Shown here one piece after another: positions 43,142-51,958 of a stretch of 64,000 nucleotides of DNA. Both the position numbers and the translations under genes were made by a program. Origin of the DNA: an uncultured cyanobacterium. GTDB lineage: Bacteria > Cyanobacteriota > Cyanobacteriia > PCC-9006 > JAAUQQ01. The stretch covers positions 2,848,001 to 2,912,000 of the forward strand of contig OY970368.1 of the NCBI GenBank assembly GCA_963718615.1, in the 5' to 3' direction. Below the pieces are notes generated by a model. It had not been told where the DNA came from. It saw only the letters and a program-made list of their open reading frames with translations, and did not search any database. How positions within the stretch are numbered: position 1 is the first letter of the stretch; the number at the start of each line of letters is the position of its first letter.

Positions 43142-43612
43142 TAAAACACGAGCATTGCATTCAATATCATAAAAATTCTCGATTTGTCCTAAGTACAGAA
43201 ATTTAAGCTCATCAAAGGAGAGATTTTCACTATGAGAGACTGCTGTTGGTGACAGGAAAAAAGCATAAGGATCTTTATGATTCTGGCTTAAGGATGACGA
43301 ATAGTATTTTTCATGAACAAATCTAATATTTTCAAGTGCACCAGAAGTCTTTGATAAACTTTCTATGCTGTTTTGATAGAGAAATGAGCGGATAGATATT
43401 TCATCTATAAAAATGGTCTTTAAGTGTGAGTGAATTGATCGATTGACATCGGCTATTCTACGCCCAACAAAATCGATCTGTTCTTTCTTTTTCTGCCATT
43501 CTATAAAATTTCTTTTGCTCCTGATGAAAAAATCCCGGTAGTGCCTTTAGCTGGGGGATGAGTATGGTGTGGCCATTAGAGAAAGAAAAAGCAAACTGGG
43601 TAAGACCCTTCT

Positions 43613-43936
43613 GTGCCAATTGCGATGACTCAAGAGCTGCTTCATTGTCCTAACTGTCTATCTGAAGATATCAGCCGTAACGGCTTCAACGATCGCGGTA
43701 CTCAAAGCTATAAATGTCGAGATTGCCATCGCCGGTTTGTCCTGACTCCGAAATCCCTTCCCTTGAGCGATGAAGAGATAGCCTTGCTCGAACGTTTATT
43801 GCTTGAAAGGCTAGCCATCGCTGGAATTGCTCGGGTGATGCAGCGCTCCGAGAGCTGCATTCAGACCTACGTCAACGCCAAAGCTAAAACCGTTGCTCGG
43901 GAGGTGGAAGTGACGAAGAAAGTAAAAAAGCTCTGA
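43613..43936 (+). CDS. insA: IS1 InsA-like protein (zinc ribbon + HTH)
   Basis: CPNC..NG..GTQSYKCRDCHRRF and an HTH (IAGIARVM); ends at the slippery A AAA AAG site. Confidence 0.85.
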   Translation: MPIAMTQELLHCPNCLSEDISRNGFNDRGTQSYKCRDCHRRFVLTPKSLPLSDEEIALLERLLLERLAIAGIARVMQRSESCIQTYVNAKAKTVAREVEVTKKVKKL

Positions 43937-43944
43937 CGGTCCAG

Positions 43945-44385
43945 ATGGACGAACTCTGGTCGTTCGTGGACCATAAAGGAAATAAACAGTGGGTTTGGAT
44001 TGCTCTAGATGCGGACACTCGCGAAATCATTGGCCTTTATATCGGGGACCGAAGTGCTAAATCTGCCGAAGCTTTATGGCGGTCTCTACCGGGAGTGTAC
44101 CGCCAATGTGCAGTCATCTACACCGATTATTGGGAGAGCTATGCCTGTGTGCTTCCTAGCCAACGCCACCGAGCGGTTGGGAAAGAAAGCGGGCTGACGA
44201 GCTACATCGAGAGGTTCAACTGCACCCTGCGGCAAAGGGTGTCGCGCTTGGTCCGAAAGGCGCTCTCGTTTTCAAAGAAACAAGAGAACCACGAGGCTGC
44301 GATCTGGAATTTCGTTCACCATTACAACCAGCAATTGCGCCTTAAGCAGGCTCATACCGCTTCATTCTCTCCAGCACCCACATAA
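43945..44385 (+). CDS. insB: IS1 InsB-like DDE transposase domain (fused via -1 frameshift)
   Basis: DELWSFV..K..QWVWIALD, YTDYWESY, IERFNCTLRQRVSRLVRK.LSFSK. Confidence 0.9.
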   Translation: MDELWSFVDHKGNKQWVWIALDADTREIIGLYIGDRSAKSAEALWRSLPGVYRQCAVIYTDYWESYACVLPSQRHRAVGKESGLTSYIERFNCTLRQRVSRLVRKALSFSKKQENHEAAIWNFVHHYNQQLRLKQAHTASFSPAPT

Positions 44386-44395
44386 TTGGACTACC

Positions 44396-44966
44396 GATTC
44401 ACGACCAGTTGCGAGAAGAGCTACGACAGCTGGATGGACGAGAGCCTCAATCAAGCGTAGCGATTGCCGATTCTCAATCCGTCAAAACGACGGAAAAAAG
44501 GGGGTGGTCTACGGCTTCGATGGGGGCAAGCTTGTCAAGGGTCGCAAACGTCATATCCTCGTTGATTCCCAAGGATTGCTCATCGGGCTGCTTGTGAGTG
44601 AGGGGAATGCATCCGAGCGCCTTGGAGCGATTATTGTTGCTTACCAAGCGCGGGAGAAGCTGACTCGTACCAAGATTGTTTGGGCTGACCAAGGCTATAC
44701 AGGGGAGAAATTTGCTGAGGCTATCAAGCAGATTTGTGGAGCGACGGTAGAGATAGTCAAGCGCACCTCGAAGGAGTTTGAGCAACTCCCTCATCGTTGG
44801 ATTGTAGAGAGGAGTTTTGGGTGGCTCAATCGCTATCGTCGGATGAGCAAAGACTATGAATTACATACGGAATTTAGTGAGGGCATGATCTACGGCGCTT
44901 TCATCCGCTTGATGTTGCGTCGCTTTGATAATTCCGCATCTTAAGCTTTTACTTATAAATTAGCTC
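44396..44966 (+). mobile_element. 5'-truncated IS5-family (IS1031-like) element remnant
   Basis: IADSQSVKTTEKRG, then AAAAAAGGGGG shift into GFDGGKLVKGRKRHILVD, WADQGY, RWIVERSFGWL..YRRMSKDYE; probable right end TTATAAATTAGCTC followed by TAA; left half missing. Confidence 0.85.
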
Positions 44967-45235
44967 TAATTCCATTCCCTGAAAATGCCACAAAACCGCG
45001 TTCTGGCGATCGCTCGGAAAACACAGTTTTATGGCGAATTGACAACCTATTCAAAGCAAGCGAATGGCCGAAAATCGCATCCATTTGCAATATCAATGCA
45101 ATCCATTTAGAAAGGTCAAGGACTTGGCCCAAGCTTAACCGGTAACTTGACCCACAACTTGACCCACAATCTATCGGTAATTTGGCCCAGGACTAGCCAC
45201 AATGGCTGAGCTGCAACAGTCGTTTTGGTATCGCA

Positions 45236-45739
45236 TCATGCATCGTATTTCGCCACCCGCAACCAGGCATCCTGGGCCGCCGGACGCACATCATCCCAAC
45301 CCATAGAGCGCTTACCATAGCGTGTTTCATAATTGCTGCGTAAATGAGGCTCGGCTTCCTCATAGGTCAGGCCCTGGGGGGCATAGGTCGAATAACCTTC
45401 ATACCCGGTACGGTAGGCCGGAGAATAGTCGTCATAGGTCTGCCCTTTTTTGTAGTAGGGGCGCGACGTATAGGTCTCTTTCCAGTGGGCTTCTTCTACC
45501 GTGGGGTCAACTTTTTCCGCAACCCCTTTACCGGCAAGGCCCCCGGCAACCCCGCCAACCACTGCCCCTACGACAGCGCCGACCGGGCCTCCTACCGCAC
45601 CCCCGATGACAGTTGCCGCAGCGCCCACTCCAGCGGCTCCAACCCCTGTGCCAACGGGATGAGCCCCATGCTCTTGAGTAATCGGATCTTCGTTGTAATC
45701 GACTTCTTCCCGAACAATTTTCTTATGCTGGTCTGCCAT
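45236..45739 (-). CDS. Glycine-zipper hypothetical protein
   Basis: HPVGTGVGAAGVGAA..GGPVGAVVGAVVGGVAGGLAGKG zipper, followed by DPTVEEAHW..Y..RPYY. Confidence 0.8.
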   Translation of the reverse strand: MADQHKKIVREEVDYNEDPITQEHGAHPVGTGVGAAGVGAAATVIGGAVGGPVGAVVGAVVGGVAGGLAGKGVAEKVDPTVEEAHWKETYTSRPYYKKGQTYDDYSPAYRTGYEGYSTYAPQGLTYEEAEPHLRSNYETRYGKRSMGWDDVRPAAQDAWLRVAKYDA

Positions 45740-45840
45740 TAAATCTGACCTCTAAGTTCTTCTTTCTAACCGTAACTAACACGACTTAGATTCAACTCCT
45801 CTATAGGGCTGACCCGATCTCGCTCGAAAGAAACAATTGA

Positions 45841-47466
45841 GTGGCAAACAAGCACAATTTACGCGGATGCCCAGATGGAGCGTTAGAATCTCTCTCTATG
45901 TGGTGTTCTGTGAAACAGGGGTTTTTCCGATTGTCTGTTCAGTCTTCTACTCAACCGGCATTGTCTTTGCTCGGCTCAACTCAGCTTGCCTCGTCCCAGC
46001 GAACTCATCGCTCCCTACGACGTAGCCTCGCTCTAGCCCTGGGGATAAGCCTGGGTTTGCCCTCCCTAACGCCTCCCCCAGCCCAAGCGCAATTGGGGAT
46101 GAGCTGTAGCATTGCCGCCAACGAAGTCAATGAAAAAAGCGATCTGCTGCGGGCAGCGGTGGGGGGCGATCGCAAATCCCAACGGCGCTACGAAGAACAG
46201 CTCAAAAAACATCGTGACTTTCTCCAGGACTGTCGCCGCAAAAACTGGCCTAAGAATCAAGCGGTTTGGCTGCGGCTTTATCCCTGCGATGTCAAACCGG
46301 GCGTCTTAGAGCAAGTGCTCGACCAGGCCGTCAACATGGGCTACAACCAGGTCTATGTCGAAGTGTTCTACGATGGCCGGGTGCTCCTGCCCCAAAGCGA
46401 AAACCGCACCGCTTGGCCTTCGGTGCTCAATACGCCTGACCAAGCCAATACCGATCTGTTTGCTCAATCCTTGACCAAGGGACGAGAGCGTGGCCTCCAA
46501 ATTTACGCTTGGATGTACACCATGAACTTTGGCCATTCCTATGGCCAGCGCAATGATCGACGCCTTACCCTTGCTCGCAATGGTCGTGGACAGAGCAGCC
46601 GGGAGATCATCCCCAATACCACCCAAACCTTTATCGATCCGTACAATCCCTTGGCGATCAAGGACTACTACGATCTGGTCCAGGCGGTGGTGAAGCGGCG
46701 TCCCGATGGCGTGTTATTTGACTATATTCGCTATCCTCGGGGCTCGGGAGCTGACTCTGCCGTCGGGATTGTCAAGGATTTATTGGTTTATTCTCCTGCT
46801 TCCCGTCAGGCCTTGATCGACCGCGCCACCAACCGCAAGGGCCGGGAGCTGATTAGCCGTTTTCTCAGCCAAGGCTTTCTCTCCGATAGCGATATAAAAG
46901 CGATCAATCAGCAATATCCCCTCGAAGGGGAGCCTCAGTGGCAGGGGCGCATTCCCAGCACTAATAAAAACGATTCGCTCAAAATCCAGCAAGTTCAGCT
47001 TCAGCAGGAGCTTTGGCTTCTGAGTGTGGCCCATGCCTATCAAGGGGTTGTCGATTTTCTCAATATGGCGGCGCGGCCTGTCCGGCAGGCCGGTATTGCA
47101 GCCGGTGCTGTCTTTTTCCCCGGCGGTAACCAAACCGTTGGGCGGCAGGGCTTTGATTCCCGCATGCAACCCTGGGACCGCTTTGCAGACTGGATCGAAC
47201 GACATCCCATGGCCTATTCCACCTGTGGGGATAGCCGCTGTATTGTCGAGGAGATCCAAACGGTGGTACAAAAGTCAGGCTTCAGCATTCCGGTACAGCC
47301 CGCTCTGGCTGGGGCCTGGGGCCGCTCTGAAGGCAATCGTCCTTCCTTGGAACAACAAATGGCCGATCTGCGACAGTTCTCAAACCGGATTGATACGGTG
47401 AGTCACTTTGCCTATTCTTGGCAGCAGCCACAGAACGATACCAATCGTAAGTTCTGTCGCATTTGA
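45841..47466 (+). CDS. Glycosyl hydrolase-like 10 (GHL10/DUF187) protein, probably exported
   Basis: AVWLRLYPCD, GYNQVYVEVF, IYAWM, PDGVLFDYIRYP; true start uncertain, probably further downstream. Confidence 0.8.
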   Translation: MANKHNLRGCPDGALESLSMWCSVKQGFFRLSVQSSTQPALSLLGSTQLASSQRTHRSLRRSLALALGISLGLPSLTPPPAQAQLGMSCSIAANEVNEKSDLLRAAVGGDRKSQRRYEEQLKKHRDFLQDCRRKNWPKNQAVWLRLYPCDVKPGVLEQVLDQAVNMGYNQVYVEVFYDGRVLLPQSENRTAWPSVLNTPDQANTDLFAQSLTKGRERGLQIYAWMYTMNFGHSYGQRNDRRLTLARNGRGQSSREIIPNTTQTFIDPYNPLAIKDYYDLVQAVVKRRPDGVLFDYIRYPRGSGADSAVGIVKDLLVYSPASRQALIDRATNRKGRELISRFLSQGFLSDSDIKAINQQYPLEGEPQWQGRIPSTNKNDSLKIQQVQLQQELWLLSVAHAYQGVVDFLNMAARPVRQAGIAAGAVFFPGGNQTVGRQGFDSRMQPWDRFADWIERHPMAYSTCGDSRCIVEEIQTVVQKSGFSIPVQPALAGAWGRSEGNRPSLEQQMADLRQFSNRIDTVSHFAYSWQQPQNDTNRKFCRI

Positions 47467-47506
47467 TTTTGTCGCCTTTAAAACGAGGATAAACCCATCA
47501 GATTGC

Positions 47507-47968
47507 TCAGTCCAAGTTCCTGGGACTGCGGACAATCCAATAGCTAACGGATAGGGTCAAAACTGCTACTCCGAGACCTAGCAGTTGCGACCCATCAACC
47601 TTTTCCAGATCCAATAAAATAATTTTTCGGGCCACTGCCGTCAGCGAGGTGACAACCACCAGCTCTAGCTGGACAGAGTGCTGGCGTAAATAGGCGGTGA
47701 TATTTTGCAGCAGTTCTAAGGCGATCAAAATCGTTAAAAACAGCCCAAAAATCTCCAACAGCGTGGAGTTGAGAAACGGTCGAGCGGTCGTGAGCACATC
47801 TTGCACGAGCACGATCCCTAAGTCCCGTACGGAGATCAAAATGACCCCAATCATGGCCAGCGCCAAGACCTTGGCAATCAGACTCTCAAAGGTTCCCACC
47901 ACCTGACGAAAGCCTGCATCGCTAGCCGCATAGCTAAGAAATCGCACGAGTTTTTGCAGCACATCCAT
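47507..47968 (-). CDS. Phosphate-starvation-inducible PsiE family membrane protein
   Basis: LLEIFGLFLTILIALELL.NITAYL..VVVTSLTAVARKIILLD. Confidence 0.85.
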   Translation of the reverse strand: MDVLQKLVRFLSYAASDAGFRQVVGTFESLIAKVLALAMIGVILISVRDLGIVLVQDVLTTARPFLNSTLLEIFGLFLTILIALELLQNITAYLRQHSVQLELVVVTSLTAVARKIILLDLEKVDGSQLLGLGVAVLTLSVSYWIVRSPRNLD

Positions 47969-48221
47969 GACCTTATTCCCTTCACCTCACCCCGGCGCAT
48001 AACCATTGAAAACCTCAAGGGAATTAATTGAATACCATTGAGATAAGTCAGGTATGCGATCGCTAGTCTAAGGCATTTCCCCAACCCCTAGACCCCTTAC
48101 TCAGAGATTCCATGGCAAACCTTACTTCGAACTGTCCGGGAATTCCCAGAATCTACGGAATAACTCAAACGTAGAGGCACTTCATTGTCCCTTATCTCCG
48201 GCGCTCATTTTTTCCAAAGAC

Positions 48222-49493
48222 ATGCAAGAGGTTCGCTCATCTCTTGGGTCTTCTACCCAAGCCATTCATCCCGAGATTCTTGAAGCTGTGGTGGAGCAGC
48301 GGCTGGATGGGCAGCAAATCTTGGCCCAAGTCCAGGTGGATCGTCAAGCGGCCCATCTCAATCTTCAGGCTCAGGTTTGTCCAGATCCGCTCCTGATGAT
48401 GACCCATCTGGGACAGGATTTGGCGAAGCTACCGGGCGATCGCCTCCAGCGGGTGAGTTTCTGTGGCTATGGCCCGGACAGCTCAAAACCCACTTGGATT
48501 GGGTTTATGAATGTTCAAGCGTTTGCGGACCCTGCGCCATTGATGCCTGCGATCGCCCCCCATACGGTGACCTCCCTGAGCGACTTCATCACCGAGCAGA
48601 GTAGCTGGTTTACCCAGGCCGTAAAGCAAAATCCTCGGCTTCATCGCTTTGCCAAAACCAGTCAGCAGGCACGCATCCTCGAAATGGCCAAGCTGCTCAA
48701 CCGCTGCCTTTCGCCGAAGGAGCAGCTTTTGGACATTTTCCCAGTGCGTTATCAGCGTCGGACCTGTAGCCTTGTCCTGACTGATCAACGGTTGCTGTGT
48801 GCTGGACCCACTTCGCTCTTAGGCCGCCCCTCCATGCAGGGGTTGGCCCTGCTGTGGGAGGAGCTAAAGCGAGTCGAGTTGGCCCCGAATGGTCTGCGGC
48901 TACACTGCCGGACGACCGTCCACGATCTCTATTTCAGCGTGGAAGACCTGGATAGCCTCGAAATTATTTTGGCCTATTTCCTCCCGGTCCAGCGCCGGGA
49001 AACGCTGGAAGAGGCTCAAGCTAAACCCTCCCTCTCCCAACGGCGAGTGGCCGGGGCCGGATTGGTCGCGTCGCTCTTGATCGGCCTGGGGTGGACAACC
49101 CTAGGGGTGTCGGAGTTCTTTGCTCAGCATACGTCTCCCCCTGGCAATCCGCTGCTCCAGACCAGTTTGAGACAAGACGCAGCGGTCACGGGGCTGTTGG
49201 AAACCTCGGTATCGGCCAATGATTCGGCGTCGGCGTCAGCGGTGTCGCCGAGCCAGCGCTGTTTGGAGCAATTTAACCAGGCGATCGCCCCCGCAGGCTA
49301 CGCGGCCCTAAATCGGGCGACCCGAACCCTGTTGCTCCATCTGGAACGGTATGGCGGGACCTACAGGAATGGATTGGAATTTGATGCGCTGGCCAACGCT
49401 CTTGCGGGCGAAGTTTTTCTCTATTGCGATCGCCTTTGGGTCGAGGCCGTTCGAGTTGAAGATGGGCGCTACAGTCTTTTGAAGCAGCGTTAG
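48222..49493 (+). CDS. Hypothetical membrane-anchored protein with a bacterial PH-like domain
   Basis: LSPKEQLL..LVLTDQRLL pattern typical of bacterial PH domains; single TM helix near residue 280. Confidence 0.6.
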   Translation: MQEVRSSLGSSTQAIHPEILEAVVEQRLDGQQILAQVQVDRQAAHLNLQAQVCPDPLLMMTHLGQDLAKLPGDRLQRVSFCGYGPDSSKPTWIGFMNVQAFADPAPLMPAIAPHTVTSLSDFITEQSSWFTQAVKQNPRLHRFAKTSQQARILEMAKLLNRCLSPKEQLLDIFPVRYQRRTCSLVLTDQRLLCAGPTSLLGRPSMQGLALLWEELKRVELAPNGLRLHCRTTVHDLYFSVEDLDSLEIILAYFLPVQRRETLEEAQAKPSLSQRRVAGAGLVASLLIGLGWTTLGVSEFFAQHTSPPGNPLLQTSLRQDAAVTGLLETSVSANDSASASAVSPSQRCLEQFNQAIAPAGYAALNRATRTLLLHLERYGGTYRNGLEFDALANALAGEVFLYCDRLWVEAVRVEDGRYSLLKQR

Positions 49494-49615
49494 CTAAAGA
49501 TACCAATCAGAAAATCTCATCAAAAAGTTAAATCCTAAACAAAACGATACAAAGTAAATGGGGTATAACAAAAAATACAACGCCTAAACCACAAGGCATC
49601 ACTTAGGGGAAAACG

Positions 49616-50530
49616 ATGGTATTCGCTGCACCGAGAACCTCCCAACGCTGGGAAGCTCAGGCTGAGTTTCAGGACTACATGTCGGCGGTGAATCCGGTTA
49701 TGCCGGAAATTGGGGTTGAGGTCTTTCCGCAGACGCTCTACGCTGCCGGTGAAAGTCGGGTTATTCCGCTCGATCTCTCGGGGGCCTTACAGACGCCCTA
49801 TCCCTGCACCAGTCCGAATCTGTTGGCGAGCTTTGTACGCATTAATGCCGGGGAGTCAGTGGCCTTAGCAACCCCTGCGACTTCGCATATGTTCTACGTT
49901 ATTCGTGGACGGGGGGAGACCCACAGCGAGTTTGGGGCGATCGCCTGGAAAACCGGGGATCTCCTGACCCTGCCAGGGGTAGGCCAAATTCGCCATTGCG
50001 CTAGCGAAGATGCGGCGCTGTACTGGGTGTGCGATTCACCCCTGTTGCAATACCTCGGCGTCACCCCCACCAAAACTCGATTTGAGCCCGTGCTGTATAG
50101 CCGAGAGCGGCTGGATGCAGCATTGCAGGTTGCGCGGCAAGAACATGGTCAGGCCAACCGCAGCGGGGTTTTGCTGTCTAATCCCCATTTTCCCCAGACG
50201 AGGACGCTAACCCATACGCTCTGGTCGCTCTACAACGCCTTGCCCGCTGGCCTAACCCAAAAACCCCATCGCCACAATTCCGTTGCCTTGGATTATTGCG
50301 TGGCGGCGGGACCGGATACCTACACGCTGATCGGCAGGGAACTGGATGACAACGGGCAGATCATCGACCCGATTAAAGCCCCTTGGATTCCGGGCTGTCT
50401 GTTTGTCACCCCCCCTGGTTACTGGCATTCCCATCACAACGAGTCGGAAACCGATGCCATCGTCTTGCCTATCCAGGATGCGGGATTGCTGACCCATATG
50501 CAGGTGCTGGATTTTCAGTTTGTGAACTAG
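49616..50530 (+). CDS. Bicupin protein (gentisate 1,2-dioxygenase-like)
   Basis: MFYVIRGRGET..W..GD, QKPHRHNS, FVTPPGYWHSHHN, IQDAGL. Confidence 0.8.
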   Translation: MVFAAPRTSQRWEAQAEFQDYMSAVNPVMPEIGVEVFPQTLYAAGESRVIPLDLSGALQTPYPCTSPNLLASFVRINAGESVALATPATSHMFYVIRGRGETHSEFGAIAWKTGDLLTLPGVGQIRHCASEDAALYWVCDSPLLQYLGVTPTKTRFEPVLYSRERLDAALQVARQEHGQANRSGVLLSNPHFPQTRTLTHTLWSLYNALPAGLTQKPHRHNSVALDYCVAAGPDTYTLIGRELDDNGQIIDPIKAPWIPGCLFVTPPGYWHSHHNESETDAIVLPIQDAGLLTHMQVLDFQFVN

Positions 50531-50545
50531 CTGGGAGAATGTGAG

Positions 50546-51853
50546 CTAGCTGGGAGATAAATCTTCCAAATCTGGACTACTGGGATTCTGGCGATCGAGC
50601 CCAAGGGCCTGCTCTAGGGCTCGCTTGACCTGAGCCCGTTGCAAGTAGGGTTCCAGCCTCTCATGGCTGATGCCTGTCAGCAAACTGAGATTCTCCGCGC
50701 TCATCCCCCGCATAAGCATTTCCACCCGCCAGGTGTCCTGGGCTCGTTCAGGTCCGGGAGCGGCCCGACCGGGGACCAAGAGTTCGGCAGTACAGCGTTG
50801 CCAACGATCTGCGAGCTCAGCCGCTGTGGTGGGAGCCCCCTGAACATTGAGAAAGATGGCGGCTTCGTGATCCTTGCGAGTTTTGAGCCATTGGGTCAGG
50901 GGATTTTTGAGATAGGAGCCGTAGCGCTTGCCCAAAATCCACTGGTTGACGGGCACCATGCGGGTGAGATTGGGAGGAACTTGGATGAGGTGCTGGGTGC
51001 GATCGCAAATCTGGTGATACCGCTCAAGCTGGGCAATCTCTTCCAGTGAAAGTCCCGCCGCAAACATCACATAGACCAGCGCATAATCCTGCGGCCCTTG
51101 GGCGCGAGCGGCTTTGAGAATATCGTGAACCAGCGGTTGAGGAAGTTCAATCCCTCGGGAAGCCAAGCTCGGTTCCAATGTAAGCGTTTCCCCTCCAACA
51201 AAATCGCAGGGACGGGGGCTGCCACTGGTGCTGTTACTAGTGCTACTGCTATCGTGCTGGACACCCCCATAGAGAAAGAGTGCGACCAAACAATTCAAAA
51301 AGTCCTGGCGATCGTCCCAAAGCTGGTGAAATTCGCTGGTAAATTCCAGCACGGCATAGCCCAAGAGCAAACTGTTGAGAAAACTGGAGAGCTTTTCCAC
51401 CGGTAGCCGTGTTTTGAACTGACCTCGCAACATCACGGCCTCCAAATACTGGGCCACTAGGCGGTTGGCCTGGGTCAGCTCGCGCCCGAGGGACTGGCGA
51501 TTTTCCGGTGGGTACTGGCCCGATTCGCCTACGAGCGATCGCACAAATTCTGGCATAGCCTCAAGGGCATGAAGACGGCCATCGGCGTAGTCCCGCAAGG
51601 CCTGCTCTAAGCTACTGACCTGGGCTGCTTCCTGGGCCAAGGCACGGGCAAGTCCTGTAAACACCTCGGTTTCTTCGAGTGCGGAGAGCAACAGACCATG
51701 CTTGTTGCCAAATTGACGAAACAAGGTAACCTCATTGACCCCTGCACGCTCCGCAATTTGTCGAGTGGTCGTATCTGTAATGCCTTGGGATGCAAAAAGG
51801 TCTAAGGCTGCATCAATCAGTTTTTGGCGGGAAGGAGAACGTTTGGCTGCCAT
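50546..51853 (-). CDS. TetR-family regulator fused to a degenerate tyrosine-recombinase-like domain
   Basis: N-terminal HTH AALDLFASQG..TTTRQIAERAGVNEVTLFRQFGNK; C-terminal DYALVYVMFAAGLSLEE..RMVP..AIFLN..EMLMRGM..LSLLTG..LEPY. Confidence 0.85.
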   Translation of the reverse strand: MAAKRSPSRQKLIDAALDLFASQGITDTTTRQIAERAGVNEVTLFRQFGNKHGLLLSALEETEVFTGLARALAQEAAQVSSLEQALRDYADGRLHALEAMPEFVRSLVGESGQYPPENRQSLGRELTQANRLVAQYLEAVMLRGQFKTRLPVEKLSSFLNSLLLGYAVLEFTSEFHQLWDDRQDFLNCLVALFLYGGVQHDSSSTSNSTSGSPRPCDFVGGETLTLEPSLASRGIELPQPLVHDILKAARAQGPQDYALVYVMFAAGLSLEEIAQLERYHQICDRTQHLIQVPPNLTRMVPVNQWILGKRYGSYLKNPLTQWLKTRKDHEAAIFLNVQGAPTTAAELADRWQRCTAELLVPGRAAPGPERAQDTWRVEMLMRGMSAENLSLLTGISHERLEPYLQRAQVKRALEQALGLDRQNPSSPDLEDLSPS

Positions 51854-51873
51854 GAAGTCCTAAAACAAAGGGC

Positions 51874-51958
51874 GCAAGCGCTGCTTGCCGATCAGCAAGT
51901 GCTACTTGCATTTTTGAAACTTGCTTGTTAAGCTTGAAGGAATGTAAGTGACACTTGC
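51874..51958. promoter_or_regulatory. Three palindromic operators GCAAGT-N3-ACTTGC in the divergent tetR/desaturase promoter
   Basis: GCAAGCgctGCTTGC (51874-51888), GCAAGTgctACTTGC (51895-51909), GTAAGTgacACTTGC (51944-51958). Confidence 0.75.

Larger units (their letters stand above)
43537..44395 (+). mobile_element. IS1-family insertion sequence (859 bp)
   Basis: Imperfect terminal IRs GGTAGTGCCTTTAGCTGGGGGATG and, reverse-complemented, GGTAGTCCAATTATGTGGGTGCTG (17/24 match); insA/insB ORFs; no target duplication. Confidence 0.9.

Noticed and set aside
44987-45035. HIP1-centred imperfect inverted repeat as a possible MITE
   Set aside because: Only one copy was seen and there is no target duplication; its mismatches become G-U pairs on the minus strand, consistent with an ordinary terminator-like hairpin.
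50546-51200. Active integrase or prophage marker
   Set aside because: The catalytic Arg and HxxR residues are replaced, the domain is fused to TetR, and no phage genes or att sites are visible.
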